64,000 bases of DNA, taken from NCBI GenBank assembly GCA_002633005.1, contig NMRA01000036.1, positions 186,001 through 250,000 on the forward strand, read 5' to 3'. Both the position numbers and the translations under genes were made by a program. Position 1 is the first letter of the stretch, and the number at the start of each line of letters is the position of its first letter. Below the pieces are notes generated by a model. The model was not told where the DNA came from and did no database searches. It saw only the letters and a program-made list of their open reading frames with translations. Shown here one piece after another: positions 38,301-53,300 of the stretch. Origin of the DNA: Phoronis australis (lineage: Eukaryota > Animalia > Phoronida).

Positions 38301-41300
38301 GATCCCATAATCCATAGAAGTGCCTGTCTGGGAGACGAGGTAGATGGCTGAATGAGCTAGACCACCCTATACTGAACAAAAGGAAAAATAAATGACCAAT
38401 GAGATGACAAGTAGAGATGTGTATGAATATAAAAGTAGTACAAGGTGGATATATATAGGGTTGATTTAGAAATGACAAATATTAGCAAAACCATTCCAAT
38501 AAATACATTTAACAACTTAATTTAATTTTGTAATAATTGTTCCTGAAATGCCGTCACTCCATGCCGAACCATTTATACCTACAAATTAGTAGACTTAAAT
38601 AATTATGTGAGTTGTTTGTGCAGATGATTCAATGCATGTCTGTTTGATTTACACGAGTCCACACTGTGGACACGTGCACTTTATTCAGCAATGTAAAGTA
38701 GTCACTTGCAAGTATCCTACATTTTGAGAACCAACTTTCTCCACTGAATAATGGGTGTCAAACTGGTTCTCAAAATCTGGGACCATAAATATTATCAATT
38801 ATTCAGTGGTTTTTACTGATGGTTTGATATATGCATGTCTATGAGTATCTGCTACCCTTGATATTCGGCCCAGTTTAGTCAAACCAGTTCTAACACTGTC
38901 TCTGGGTTATGGAAAGCTGAGGGGAATGTGGAATTTAATGTATCAAATGAAGGTATTCATCTAGAAGTTCAAAAATACGGCATCCAAAATGGATGTCACA
39001 ATCTCTTTGGGTGTCCAAGACCAATCATGCATGACTGTTTTTATGACCCATAGTCTAAATGCTGTCACAGCGCAGTATGTTACTGTAGACTTACTGCAAT
39101 AAAATGTATTGCATCTTACGTCATATCTTAACTAGCTTTTTTATTCTGGACAAGCCGATGTCAGATCCCAGAGTTAATTGCAAGAGATACCAATGCTTAT
39201 TTGCTTCCTTTATTTGGGCATCCAAATGTGACTGGATGCCCAAATGCTGCACAGGACGTTCCACCTAGGGTGCCTAAATTTGATTCAAGATGTTCATTTG
39301 GACGCCCACTAGATGAAGGCCTGAACCTTGGGATGTTACAGTAGAGCTATATTATATTTTATTGCTATAGCAACAATTGGCGTGCGATACATTCTTCATC
39401 AACACCACTCGACTGGGATCAGGGAATTATAGTGGTAGTATTTACTTGAAGAAAAGCCTGGACTACGAAACGCAGAAGGAGTACAGAATGAACATCATTG
39501 CAAGGGTTTGTAGATTTTAAAAGCTACTTCAATGGTGTGATAGTATATTTGGGTCAGGTGAACAGAGTATGATGATGACTGTGGGAAAGTTTTTACTTTC
39601 ACCTATACGAGATCTCTCCTGTTATAAAGGCTGTAATGAACCCGCATTGAGTCAAAAATCTAATTTTTTGATTTAGACTGTTTTATTTTACTGTTGACAT
39701 TCAAATGAATCCATTTTGTTGAGTGAGGATTGTATAGTATTGTATTCTATACAAGTGGGACTTCATAACGGACTACTTGCATACCTTATTAATGTGTTCT
39801 TCAGGACAGTGGTACACCCCAACTGAATGCAACAGTCAATGTACTCATCACAGTCATTGACATCCAAGACAGTGGGCCAATCATCACTAGCGCTGGAAGT
39901 TTTAGTGTGCTGGAAAACAGCCCGCGAGTATGTCTTATGTCTTTAGACTTATTTGATTGAGTCAGAGGTGCAGCTATTCTCCTCTAGTGTTAGTGTTAAG
40001 GTCATAGTTGTTTGATACATGCACTAAAAGTTGGATCAGTGACGGTTATTCTATTTTCCATGTTTTAACATTCTTAACTTGCACAGTTTTGATTTTTATT
40101 GAAATCAACTTCAACTTTTCTTACTGGGCAATCGAATGACAAAGTTGGAATTTTAATCAGTATGATGAAGAAATGTTTGACGTAGTGAGGAAAATAACAA
40201 TTAAAACATTTGTGGAAATGCTACTTACATGTGTTAGTTTTGTTTTAAACTTGTTTATAGGTTGTAAATTATCATAAGAAAAATCTAGTAAATACAGTAG
40301 AAAATTTCTTAACAGTTAATGTGAATGAGAATAACAGTAGATACATCTTGAACACTGGAATATTGTTAAGGTCTGAACTGACTGGAGGAGACCGTGTGGG
40401 CTGACGGGCTGAGTGCCTTCTGCCTCCTGTTCACAAGATCATAGCTTTGGATCTCACTGGGTCCCACTGCGATACCCTTGAGTCATGTCTTGAGCTCTTT
40501 AGCTTGATCTCAATTTGTCAATGTGTGTTATTTGTGTGAAAAAATGGATTCAGGTGCTTGGTTCAATGGGTCCAGCTGAGCGAGCTGCGCACATTAAGAC
40601 CATGTGCACTATTATTTTATAACTTCGAATGTTGATTTCAGGGAACATTTGTTGGAATAATAGAAGCTGAAGACCAGGATAAAGGGGACCCCAGGAAAGT
40701 CCGCATTAAACTTATTGAAGGTATGCTGTCAATACTTCCCAATGGGAAACATGGAAAAAGTTGCTCCTACCTACACAAGGACTGGTAGTTTGGTAAAATT
40801 TCGTAATGCCATACACTGAAAAATTAAATACTGAGGGAAATGTTAGAGATTTTGATTCCGTTGTGGAATTGGTTTTGGAGGTGAAAAATTCTTATTTTAC
40901 ATCAAATTTCCTAAATTAATGAGTGTTTACTGCAATCAAATGACTCTAGGTGCTTGATTCATTGATTGAATTGGTCTGGACTTGAGCGGCATTCAACCTA
41001 CCTTCCATCACAAGAAATAATTCGATTTAAATGACTTATTGTTGGGATATTGGTATCAAGTTGTTCCTTAGTCAAAGCGGATGTAATATCAGGGCCGCAA
41101 AGGAACTGGCAGGTCGCTGTTACTTGAGAACAGAATTTTGCTTGTTACGGCGGGTTATTTTAGTCGTCGAACAAGGTCTCTAGGAATAAAAGACTGTTCT
41201 ATGCAAACCTAGAAATCAGATCTTGCCTGAGTATTAGAAACAAGCTGGATGGAAGGCAGACTTAAGGCCATTTTAGAATTGATTTTGGATGATTGTAGAC

Positions 41301-44300
41301 CACTTGGACCATTTTACTTTTCAAATGAATTTTACGTGTCAACGATCCCGTTGATTGATGTATCCACACCAACAGCGGTGATGGGACATAAACCCAGTGT
41401 AACAACCTTTAGGAGAGAGGTCACTTTGCAAAAGTAATCTCAGAAAAAAACTAACGGAGAAACTTATTTCGTGATTGGAGGCCACTTTTATAGTCTTCAC
41501 TTTGGACAGTACTGTAACTTACTAGGCAGGAATGGATACGACGTAGAAACATGATAGGAATAATTTAGGAAAATTACTGCTTGCATTTTCCACTGTTTTG
41601 AAGCTTCATTCTTATGCAGCTTATTTGTAGAGGTTTATTTCCACAAACAGGCACGTGTTTTCATCTGAAACTCAATCCTTCTCTTCGTAACAGATACCAA
41701 GAACTACTTTATGCTAGACAACACCATACCCTCCACTAAGAGCACTGGAGCATACCAAGCCACCCTCAGGGTGCGAGTACCAATTGACAAGGAACAATTG
41801 CTTGGAAATTATCCACTCAAAGTAGAGGTGAAGAGCACATTTTACTTTAAATATTCTACACCAGTGAATGTTATGGATAATCAGTCCTAGAAATGTGAAC
41901 AGTTCAACTCAAGCTCTGAAGTGCTTAAATTGTGAACAGTTTAACTCAAGCTCTGAAGTGGTTAAATTCAAAACAAACTCGAGAATTGTTTGATGTGCTT
42001 CTGAGTTAAAAGTAAGGTAAACATTATTCCTCTACTTATGGGTGCGTTTGGGGGAGTTCAGGTTCAAAATCTGTAACTCCCTGAGTAGTTAAGGCCTATT
42101 ATACAACCTTTTATGTAAGATATTAGATCAATAGTAGAATTTCTTTTAATTTTGACACGGGGATCTGACTGGCAGTTGCTGTTATCTCCTGGTAATTACC
42201 TGACTGTTACCCCACATTACCACTGAATTGTGGAAATAAAATCAAATAATTTTGGACATACGAAATGAATTAATTGTGCGACGAAGTGAAGAATTGCTTC
42301 GATTCTGCTACAGGCAGTTGAAATTGACGACAAAGGTAACGAAGATCGCAACGCGGTGACCACTGGCGATGTCAGTGTAAACGTCCAGGATGTCAACGAC
42401 AACAAGCCTAAGTTTGCCAACCAGTCTTACACTGCCACTGTTCCCGAGGAGCTACCTATGGATTCATCACTTCCATTCTTGGCTATTGAAGTCAGGGACT
42501 TAGATTCTGTAAGTATCCTAAAGTAACACCTTTCAATTTATTGATTTTGTTAAAAATGCTCTGTGCAGTCAAACTGTTGGCATACTATCCATGTGTAAAT
42601 GTATGATGCAGACAAAAGTTCTTGTAAATAAATCAAGTAGATGCTGGAATGCCGTGCAGTTACCGATGGATAAGAATAGAAAATAGTAATGATAATAAAA
42701 ATGAAACGACAAATGTCGTTACTAAAATATATTAAAATATTCGCCACATTTCGAGCTATGCGCCCTTTGTCAAGGGTGTGATGCAGACTGCCAAATAGAT
42801 GGATATAAATAAAATCGCAAAGGTGACTGCGTGGTGATATACAATAGGCGGTTATTTATTGTTCAATAAAATAACTTTAGTACCGACGTTTGTCATTTTG
42901 TTTTTACTATTTTTAAAAATTCTTGTGAATGCATATGGTATTGAAAATGTAAATAGTAAAATCGGCGATAAACCCCAAGAAACTGAATTTTTGATTTAGA
43001 TCACTGCTGGTGTAAAATTGGTCTCAACTTGTTCTTTGTGCAGATGAGAACTGATTTTGGTCTTGCAGAGAACTTACTGTTCGTTTTTGCTCGAGATAAT
43101 GCTTGGCTAATCAAACAGCATGCCGTGACATAGTCAACTGTTGGAGCCTTGTCTCAAGCAATAAATAAACTGTCAGTTTTTCTAAGCCCAGAAATCCACA
43201 TGATTTAATTAAGGAACAATTTGAGACGAATTTCACTGATGGTAAGTGATCCTAATGAAAAGTTTGCTTTAATGACGGAAGGCAGGTTGTTAGCTACTGT
43301 AAGAGAATGTTAAAATCCATTAACGATGATGAAAACTGAATATAAAACCTAACATGACAAACATTTACATAATTACAATAAATACGCATTTTTCGAGTAT
43401 TGCTCTGACAGACTGTAGGACAAGGATTACGTAGTATGTTACACTCGTTTAGTTAGGGCAAGGCTCGAAACATTTGATTTTTATTTGTATTGGAACATTC
43501 ATCTTGTTATATTTTATACACTTTGTGACAAACTTTGCTCAACTGTAGTTTAGTATGCTTGGTGTGATTTAAAGAAAATTAGAGTAATGTTCAATTTATA
43601 TCGAAATAAAACTGTGACTAGGAACCCATTGTTATAGCTATTCCATTGCTGCACAAAATGCCATTTGGACGAGTGCTGTGGTTGATGCATAAAAAGTAAT
43701 GAAGACCTGATTACTTGCAATTTTTGTTTCGTTTTGTTTTTGTTTCTTTGAGTTTTTCTACAACCCATACGAAAAAGAAAGTGAGAATCTCACTGGATTC
43801 CAGTTAGATTCCAGTTAGATTCTCACTAAATCACCAATTATAGTTAGAAATGCCAGTGAGAGCCCAGTGGGAATTGAACAACAGGGGCAGTCAGTGAGAA
43901 TGAGTGAGAAAATGTTATGTAACAGTGAGAATCCAGTGAGAATTTTGGTCTTAGAAAAATTCTGAGTGAGAATCAGTGAGAATTTCAGACTTAGGAAAAA
44001 TCTGAGTGAGAATTGAGTGAGAATTTGGACTTGCCAAAATTGGAGTGAGAATTCAGTGAGAATCTAAGATAAACAAACACCCTGATTGGCTGTAACTGTA
44101 GAAATTTCAGTTGAACCAGATTTCTGAATTCAAACTAAAATGGCGTCAGGAATGAGCAGTTGGAGAAATAGCTTGAAGATTGTTGATGTTTTTCTCACAA
44201 ATATTCTGAAATTACTGAACAGTTTGTCTGCAAGTCAACCACAGGTGATCCTGGACTGATTTTGCGTGTTAATAAGCTTAAGGTTAGTACATTTCATACA

Positions 44301-47300
44301 TGTAGTAGAGTGCATGAAGCACCAGTATTAGGCTGATGTCTTCATTCTGTGCATGTTGACAGCTGAGTTTTCAGTATTTTGCTGATTCACCAAAGGCATT
44401 ATAGTTATTATTTTATGTCTGCTATATTTCACAATTAGCAATTATTAAATTGTATCCTTAGTCAAAGTTCAAGATAAACTCACAAAAATAAGCAGTGTTT
44501 TGGTTACCAAAAAGGTTTGATCTCGATTCTATTCAGTCAGTGGCTGAAAAGGCACACACAAAATTTTCTAAGTTCAAAATTCTCACCCAGTGAGATTTTC
44601 AGTGAGAATTTCATTAACACAAATTCTCACTAATTTGCATAGCATTCCTATTGAGTGAGAATTTCAGTAAGACAAATTCTCACTGAGTGGGAATGCTATG
44701 CAAATTAGTTAGATTCTCACTGAATTCTAACTGGAATATCACTGTATTCTCACTAGAGTGAGAATTTTTTTCTCACTAATTTAAATGGCATCTTAATTAG
44801 TTAGATTCTCACTGGAATCTAACTGGAATCCAGTGAGATTCTCACTGGCTTTCGGGATTAGAATTTCCTGAAGCTTTTTCATAAGGCAAGTCATTTGAAA
44901 AAGGTGAAATTGTTGGTATTCTTTCCTTCAATCAACTTATAAAACCACTAAATCTTTTCAGAGTACATATGACAACTTTGAAGTGGGAATATCGTCACAG
45001 ACTTACCCAGGAGCCTTTGCACTGACTGCAACTGAGATAAGTGACATTGGCATTGTCTCCCTTCAAGTTAAGAAGCCCCAATACATGGATTATGAAGTCC
45101 CCCAATACAGGCATCAAGTTCTCAAGGTAATTAACTATTAGGGAACATGGCCACTGAAGAAAACATTTTGTTTAAAAAAAAATGGTTATTTTTCTGCAAA
45201 TGGGTTCATGAATAGAAATATGAAACAGTTGTTTGAAACGGCATGTCTTGGCATCTAATGTAATGGGTATATTTAATGAGCTCTTGAGTTAGATGTAAAA
45301 TTAGTTGCTTTACATATTTCTCGTCTTTGGTCATGATTCATCTTATTGTATGACACAAACCTGTTACATATTTTAAAGTCTTTTGAATGACTGTCACATG
45401 AGAATCTTAGTTCCTGACCCTTAGTGTAATGGGCCCGGCCTTGTGGCCTAAACATGCCTGATGTACTGCAAAAGACATCAGGCCACGTGCACTCTTTTTT
45501 ACCTTAAGATAAGAAACAGTCAGCACTACATTGCCCTGTTTGTGTGGAACAGTATCCATGTTTTACTGATGGAGCCGTGAAATTACTCTTTTTGTATGTG
45601 CATTGATTTTCTTAGTGTGATTGTAATTGATGTTTGGCTTCTCAAAAATTAAGGTTTTAAAAATCCATGCTAGGCTATAATGCTTGCCGCCTGATTTTTA
45701 AATTTCTCATTTACGGTGAACCTCCAGATTCATAATTTTCTGTCACATGATATTTGAATTCAGTTACTGCGTGCTCTAATGATCACTTATTGCATGGCCA
45801 TGAATCACTTCCTTTTTGCCAAATCCTTTTAACTGCAGGTTAGACTTCTCAGATCATTCTTAGTGCCCAGACCCCACAAAATAGTCACTGTACATTAGTT
45901 TGACTACTCATTTGGACCAATCAAGGCACTATTCTGTTATCTCTACTAGTAAAGATCACTCACCACATCCACAGCTGGCAGGCCAGTGTTTTTATGAGAC
46001 TCGGCACTGAATTATTCTCCATTCTTGTGTGGCATGGCTTACTTTTCACTCTTATCCTGAGTGAGATACGTACGATGTTATGACAGTCTTTTTGGTGCTA
46101 CAGTTGTATGCCAGAGAGAAAGGCACCACCGAGAGATGGGAGACGTCAGCCACAGTCACTGTTAACTTGATGGACATCAATGACAATGCACCTAAGTTTG
46201 ACCAAGACCCCTACCGTTTTTCGGTGGCAGAGGATCGCAATGTTGGAGACCTCATCATAACTATACGCGTAAGTCACAAGATACGATATTCATGGAGTTT
46301 ATAATTTTTACCTGGAAATTTAAGCCTCAGTTTGCACTGGGTTGTAGTGTTGGAACCTATATATTAGGAAATATTTTGTGAAGTCCAATGTGTCACAGTT
46401 TGTTAACTATGGTGACTGAAGAAGAAACTAACTAATTTAAAGTTCCTCAGACCAGCTTTAGATAAGTACAAGGAGATGCAATTACTTACCCAACAGTACT
46501 GGTAAGCATTAGGTCACATTTAGATAATTAGGTTACCCAATCTAGATAGCTCACTGTTACGGTCTGGGTAGTGTCATCAACTGTTCCTTTCATCGCGTTG
46601 CAGCGAAATGTATAGATTACAAAACTGCGCTGAAATGAAGTTTTATATGCATGAAACTGTCTTTTAGTGAGAACGATGCATGCATAAGCCCCAAAAATTA
46701 CAGGATGAAATATTCCACTTCCCTGTCCTGACGTGCAACATTACACAATTTTGTAGTGACAGGCCACCGCTGAGAAGCCAGTGCGTACACCTTCTCGAGA
46801 CCGTCATAATCACTATGCAAAATCTTACGAGCTCGACGCATGATAGGCTGTTTCATGCACACTTACGATAATGGCATTAGGAGTGCCTTACAAATCAGGA
46901 CAGTCGTTTGTTTTGCTCAGATCAACTAGCGTTTATAAATTGGTGATTAAAACGTGTCCAGTGCATAAGTCTGTAAAGTATGTAAGATTTCATCAATGCA
47001 ATTTTGCATTATGATAAATGAACAAGATAAACTTCTTGAGGGCTATACTAATTGCCCATCGTTCTCTATCATGTCCAATGTTTATTTCTGTCTCCAGGCA
47101 ACAGACCAGGACAGTGGTGTTTTTGGGGAAATCACCTACTCCCTCTTCAAATCTGTTGAACAACTGTAAGTAAACAGTTTTAGAATTGTTTGGCCATCTC
47201 AAGGCAAAAGTAGGTTAATGTCTTTGTTTGCTCTGACAAATTTTGTAATTTTAAACAATTTCCTTTTCCATTAGTGATCATAGAAAACATTTTGACATGA

Positions 47301-50300
47301 GAAGTCTGCTGTGAGATTGGGCTGTCTATTCCACAACTGCAAGACACTCATGAGAAACTTGCTCAAGAAATGTTTGCTTCTTTAATGGAAATCTGACCCA
47401 TCTATACTAGTAAAGTCTTACTCGTGAAGCACATACTCACCTTTTGCTGGTGGGAGTAAAGGTCTTGAGTTAAATGTCATTTTGTTCAAAAAACATTACC
47501 CAATGGGGGAAGGCCTGGCCTAATGTTTTCGTTAGCTACTTAAATCTGCTTCTTCTAACTAATGACTTAGCTGCAGCATGCAGTTTTGAGTTAGGTTTTA
47601 CTCACCAGAAATACTAACCCAAGACATAGTTCAGTTGTGGCAAACTGGAACCTACTTCTCTTATTTCGGATGCCAAATAATTTCTTCCATCAAACGCTAT
47701 GTCAATGCAAAACAAGATTTACCATGGAAATATGGTACGTCGGTCACAGTTTTGTTCCAACAGAAAAGTCACCCAAGGGATGCATAGTATGCTGGATCTG
47801 AGTTTTGTTTTGTTTGCTACAGGTTCAGCATTAACAGCAAGACTGGTGAGATCCGTTTGAAAAACAAAATTGATTACGAAAGCATTAAGGAGCTGCAGAT
47901 GGCTGCTGTGGCAACTGACGGAGGTGGTAAGAGCACCACCGTTGGCTTGAATATCACCATATTGAATACCAATGACCAGGACCCTGTGTTTGACCGGGAT
48001 AACTACCAAACAACGATTGACGAGTCAACGACTGCACTCATCCCCAATGTGACCGTGCACGTAAGTCTGAGATGAACGGAAAGCTTAACGATGCAAGTTT
48101 TCAAAATGATACGACTGCACTTGAAAAATTTGATGTATTTTAAAACTGAGCCTGATCGTTGCTATTCCTCAAAGATTTCTTGATTTCATTCACATGCCAA
48201 CTTTATCAAGTTTATGTCATGAAGGTGGAGTCAGTTATCACTCTGAGCATGGAATTCCTCTCTGAATTTTGGACCTGGTTGGCTCAAGTTACACACTAAC
48301 CATGTAGGCCTGACTGTATTGAAACACTGTTTTATACCTATTAATATGCGCCTACATATTTATATGTTAGTATAGATTGCCATCATTTCTATCCAGCATC
48401 CTGCGTCCAGCATCAGTTGCTGTATCTCGTAAACCATTTGCTAGAGCTTCATGAGATTTGGCTCATATGTTAATTCTCATGAAGCTGACAACAGATGATG
48501 ATGAGTTTCTGACCAATCCAATTACCATTGTACCCTCTAGTACTAATTTTACTTTTTATGTTTGCCTCTATGTCTTTGGAATTCTTTGATAGATTTTTTC
48601 CTGAAATTTGGCATTTTTGAACAGATTTGACATATTCTGTGCAACATGGTGGCCATTTAAAGACATTTGGAGGTTTTTTGCGTAAGGACCATTATGAAAA
48701 TTAGCAGTTGTGTTGTTGATGGGAAGAACGTAGCTGACATCGATTCTTGAATGAGTTCCACAACTCTAGTGATCCCTAGTGGCAATTTTGTTATTTGTTT
48801 CTTGTCCAATTTTCAAAATTCAAAAGCCTAACGTCGTGTATTTTCAAGAACTACTCAAAAATGCTTTTTTGAAATCGTTCGAAGGGAAAATTCATTGACA
48901 ATAAACAATGCTATTGTCACCCCCAGTGTGTTTATGATGGGTCTGATTATTGTGAGAATTGAAATCATCAACAGCCTGCGGCATCCACAAACGGTATAAT
49001 TGCCTACAGCTCCATGATTTCTTTTGAAGATTGCCAGCAAATTTCAAGGCAAGCAAACCGCTTGAATTGCCCACAATCTTGATGGAGTGGTGATGGTGTC
49101 GGCATATAATTTTTTCTGTATACTACTTGTTACTTTCCTTGCTTTTTTCCCTATAGGCTGTAGACCCTGACGGCCACTCAGTGACCTACTCGATTAGTCC
49201 AACTTCAGATCCTGGCCCATTCCAAGTGGATCCCACCACTGGCGTCGTGAGAGTGACAAGACCTGTTAAGTATACAGAGACACCTAAGGGAACAGATGGG
49301 AAACCGTCAGGCTCGTGAGTAACGCAATGTTGAATATCAGAAATTCTTGTAGAAAGTAAAATATAAATTCTTTTTCATCTATAGGGATTATTTGCTGATT
49401 ACATCATTCTGTTCACGTCTTTTTATAATTCATACTGTATTTTCACCTTTCCTCTCCTACCCAATTCATCACCTAATTGGTCAGTTCTCTTTGAAACATA
49501 GTGTCTCTTCACTGTCTAGTTATCTACTGTATCAGGCATGCGCCTGTTTGGTTTTCTATTTTATTGATACCCATCCTACAGTAACTAAGAATTATCTTAA
49601 CATTCATCACAGTAAAACTGATGAAAGTAGATTCTGCTAAAATGAGTAAAAACATGTTGGGTGTTATTTAAAGCACTGTTGTCGAATACAGTTTATGTCT
49701 ACTGGTTGTGGCAGATCAATAGCCATGTTTAAAGTAGGATATGTAGTGAATGTAATGTAGTAGCAATTCTTTCACTTTGTCCCAGTAGGTGACCTGTTAG
49801 ACAAGTGTATCTTTTATTTCCTCTGTGCTGTTGATTGGTTTTAAAGGCTGCACCAATTTGGAATGCTAAATAACATGCGATTTTGTTTTAGGTTCCGTGT
49901 AGTGGTGGTTGCAACTGATAGTGGCGTTCCGTCTGATACTGGCACAGCAACGGTCACGATCCGTGTGATAGATGAGAATGACAACGCCCCCTACTTTGTG
50001 AATGACCCATACTCAGGCACTGTCAATGAAATGGACCCTCCAGGTACTAAATAAATGAGTGCTGGATAAAGTTGAGTAATAAGTAGTTGAAAAGTGATGA
50101 ACCAGCAAAAACCGAGATGCAACTTATCTGAATGGAGTATGTGCCAAGTAAATATTTTTTTAACTTTTCTACCAAATTAACTGCCATAACTGCAAAAAAA
50201 ATTAAAAATCAGCAACAATTTTTATGATAGCAGTATAGTACATGTTGTGCTAATGATGAAGTAAAATTTTTGTGATTTATGTTAGTTGACAAATATGAAT

Positions 50301-53300
50301 ATTTGAAATACATCTCTGTTGTATTGTGTGCTAATTGAAGAACGTGTTACCTAAATTGCAGTGGAGAATGCTGACGTTTTCAATTATTGGTAAAAATGTT
50401 ATGCAAGAAAATGCTGATGATACTCGCTTTCCTTCGATTTTCCAAATCCCACAATTTTACTTTCATTACTTTTCTGAATATCCCATCAAAACTTTGTGTT
50501 CATCTGTACAATCGTCAGTCAAGCTTGAAATGAAAACTTTTCTTGCATCCCTCAACTTCTACTTATTTCTTAAGTGCCTTCAAGTGACACACTTCAACAC
50601 AACATCAGGGTATATCTGATTCTTAGTGTAGTTCAATTTCAGGCTTAGAGTTGCATACTGAAAAAGAAGTTAAGTGAAACCAGCACAGGACTCACAACAT
50701 GTTCTGAGTAACCAAATATGAATCGTTGAATTCTGTTTCAATGGCAGAGAATCACTTTGAATTAATGCAATTTAGTATGACTTTTGTATTCCAAGCCTCT
50801 TTAATGTGCATAATCCCAGATTTTACTTCAATGCCCCACATTTCCAGTCCTGAGAGGAAACTTGGCACATAATTTGTTCAACTGTATTTCGACTCTGCTC
50901 GTAAAATGGATTCTGAAATGTTTTCTCTTTCTTAGGAACCATTGTGGTCAATGTTTCGGCAGTCGATATTGACGCTGGCACCAATGGCAAGATTTATTAC
51001 GAGTTTGTTAGTGGTAGTCGTGACGATTTCACCATAGACGGTCAGACAGGCAGGGTTACTGTGGCTGAAGGAAACTTGATTGACTTCGACAAGAACAATT
51101 TTTACAGGATTACAGTAAGTCAAAGTAGTAACTCATTCAATGAAGGCCTGCATAACCTTAACTCCAAGTTTTGTTCGTTATTTTTTGCAATAAACAGATA
51201 TCTCTATAATTTGTAAATAAACAAGAGGACAGAAAACTTGTCCTAAAATTGATCACTAAAAATAATTTTGACGTTCATCAATGCTTTTACTCATAGATGG
51301 ATGTCAAAGATTATTGATGGCTTTTCTAGAGCAGTTGTGAATCATTGCATAGCTTTTCATCTCTTTTGTTGGGTTTTCCATAAGCTCACTGTGTATAACT
51401 TGAGTTTACATACCTTTAAACTTTCTGCACTTGCAGTTGACTGCAGCTTGGACTATGATGTATGTAATTGACACGCAATAACATCTAGATTAGTTATTTA
51501 CAGACATTGGTTGTTATAATGGCAACTCTGCCTGTGTAGAAAAGGTTGTTAAATGTCTTACAGATAGATGGTGCCATATGACATTGTTGCCTTTCGAATA
51601 AATCACTTCCTGTCTTTGACTTTCTAAAACTGCTCTGAGGTGGTGGCGTGTTACTATTATTAAAATCTCTTGGTCTATTTACACCGACCTCTTGTCTATT
51701 TACACTGTCAGTGACAGTCGGTGTAAATAGACCAAGAGATTTTAATAATAGTAATTCCTGTCTAGCAATTAATGAATTTAAACTTGAAGATCTGCTTTGC
51801 AGTCATGGCATTAATCCCACAACTCACTGCGTGTGAAAAGGTCAACAGCTTCTTGTACATTTGATTATACTCAGATTTTTATTGTTTCTTTCAGGTGAGA
51901 GCTGTGGATGGTGGGGCACCACAACGCAGTGCATCCTCAACGATCAGTGTCACCATCACCGACGGCAACAATAAGAAGCCAGTTTTCCAATCACCTATCA
52001 TACGCGAATACATTCCAGAAAGTGAGTACAAGAAATTGAGTGCAAAAGTGTTAAATTTCAAAATGTCGTGACCGCTCGTTTGCTTTTGGTTGATGTCTAG
52101 ATATTTTTGTTGGGCTAAATTTTACAGGTGGTTACATATGTTTTGGAAATGCGCCATAATTGTAGACTGTGGCATACCCATTGGAAATTGATTTTTAAAG
52201 CAAAATGTTAAAGCTTGAATTGGGCATAGATTAAGAGTTAATTTCAACAGAAATCCTCAAAAGTGAAATAATTTTGTGCATCAGTTGTCACTACTTCAAA
52301 TGAAATTTCAATGTGAAACAGCTTTGTATATTGAGAAGTAACTACATGTTTCTAGATTAAAACTACTTTTGAATTGTTAGATAGTCTTAACATTATTTTG
52401 CGCATTTTTAAGCAACAAGACATGTCGAACAATTATTTCCAGATGTCAAAGTTGGCACCTCTGTGGCAAAAGTGAGTGCTACGGATGTGGACAAAGACTC
52501 GAGAGTACGCTACTCAATTCTCACAAAAACGATCACCGCTAGAAGTCCTGGGGGTGGAATTTTTGTTGACACAATTATGTTTGATTACACGGTGAGTTTT
52601 AGCAGTTGGTAATGGCAGTGTCACAAAACCTGTTTGTACATGCTTGTCATTGCTCATGGAATATGTGGAAAACATGGAGAATGAATTTCCATGCCTAAAA
52701 ATGATGACGGAAATGAGAAAAATTAAAAAAAATGTGGAACTTCATGAGATGAATATTTGTCAGTTCACACGTTGAGTTATTCTTGGCAACATAATAGTCA
52801 TTGGCAAGTGTAAAAGTATTTCTTGGTTGGTATTAATAACTCACATGGAAAATAAAATTGTATCCTGTAAAAGCCATGGAAAATCAGAACACAATGTGAT
52901 TGATGCCCTTTTAGTTTACACTGAACGAACCACTTACTGAATCACTAGCAGTATCCTCTCTGATTCTGCGGTATTCACCCACAATGTTGCATGTCAGCAG
53001 GGCACTCGTACTGCTGCCCTTGTAATCGCTATCCTGTATCAAAATTAGTTTATCATTCACCATTCTAATTCCAATCAACAGTTTTCCCATTGCAAAGTGA
53101 AATTCAATACTGTATTGAAAGCTGAATGAGGCTCAATAAATTGCTCGTTACCATGTGCAACTCAGCTCAAATTTTGGGTGTTTGTCTTTTACAAAATAGG
53201 TCACAGGAAAGCTGATTTTGAGAAGTGGGAATTGGGTTCCCGTTGTTACAGTTGCAAGTTATCACAGGAGTAAGCTGGGAAACATATGCCCATGTAGACC

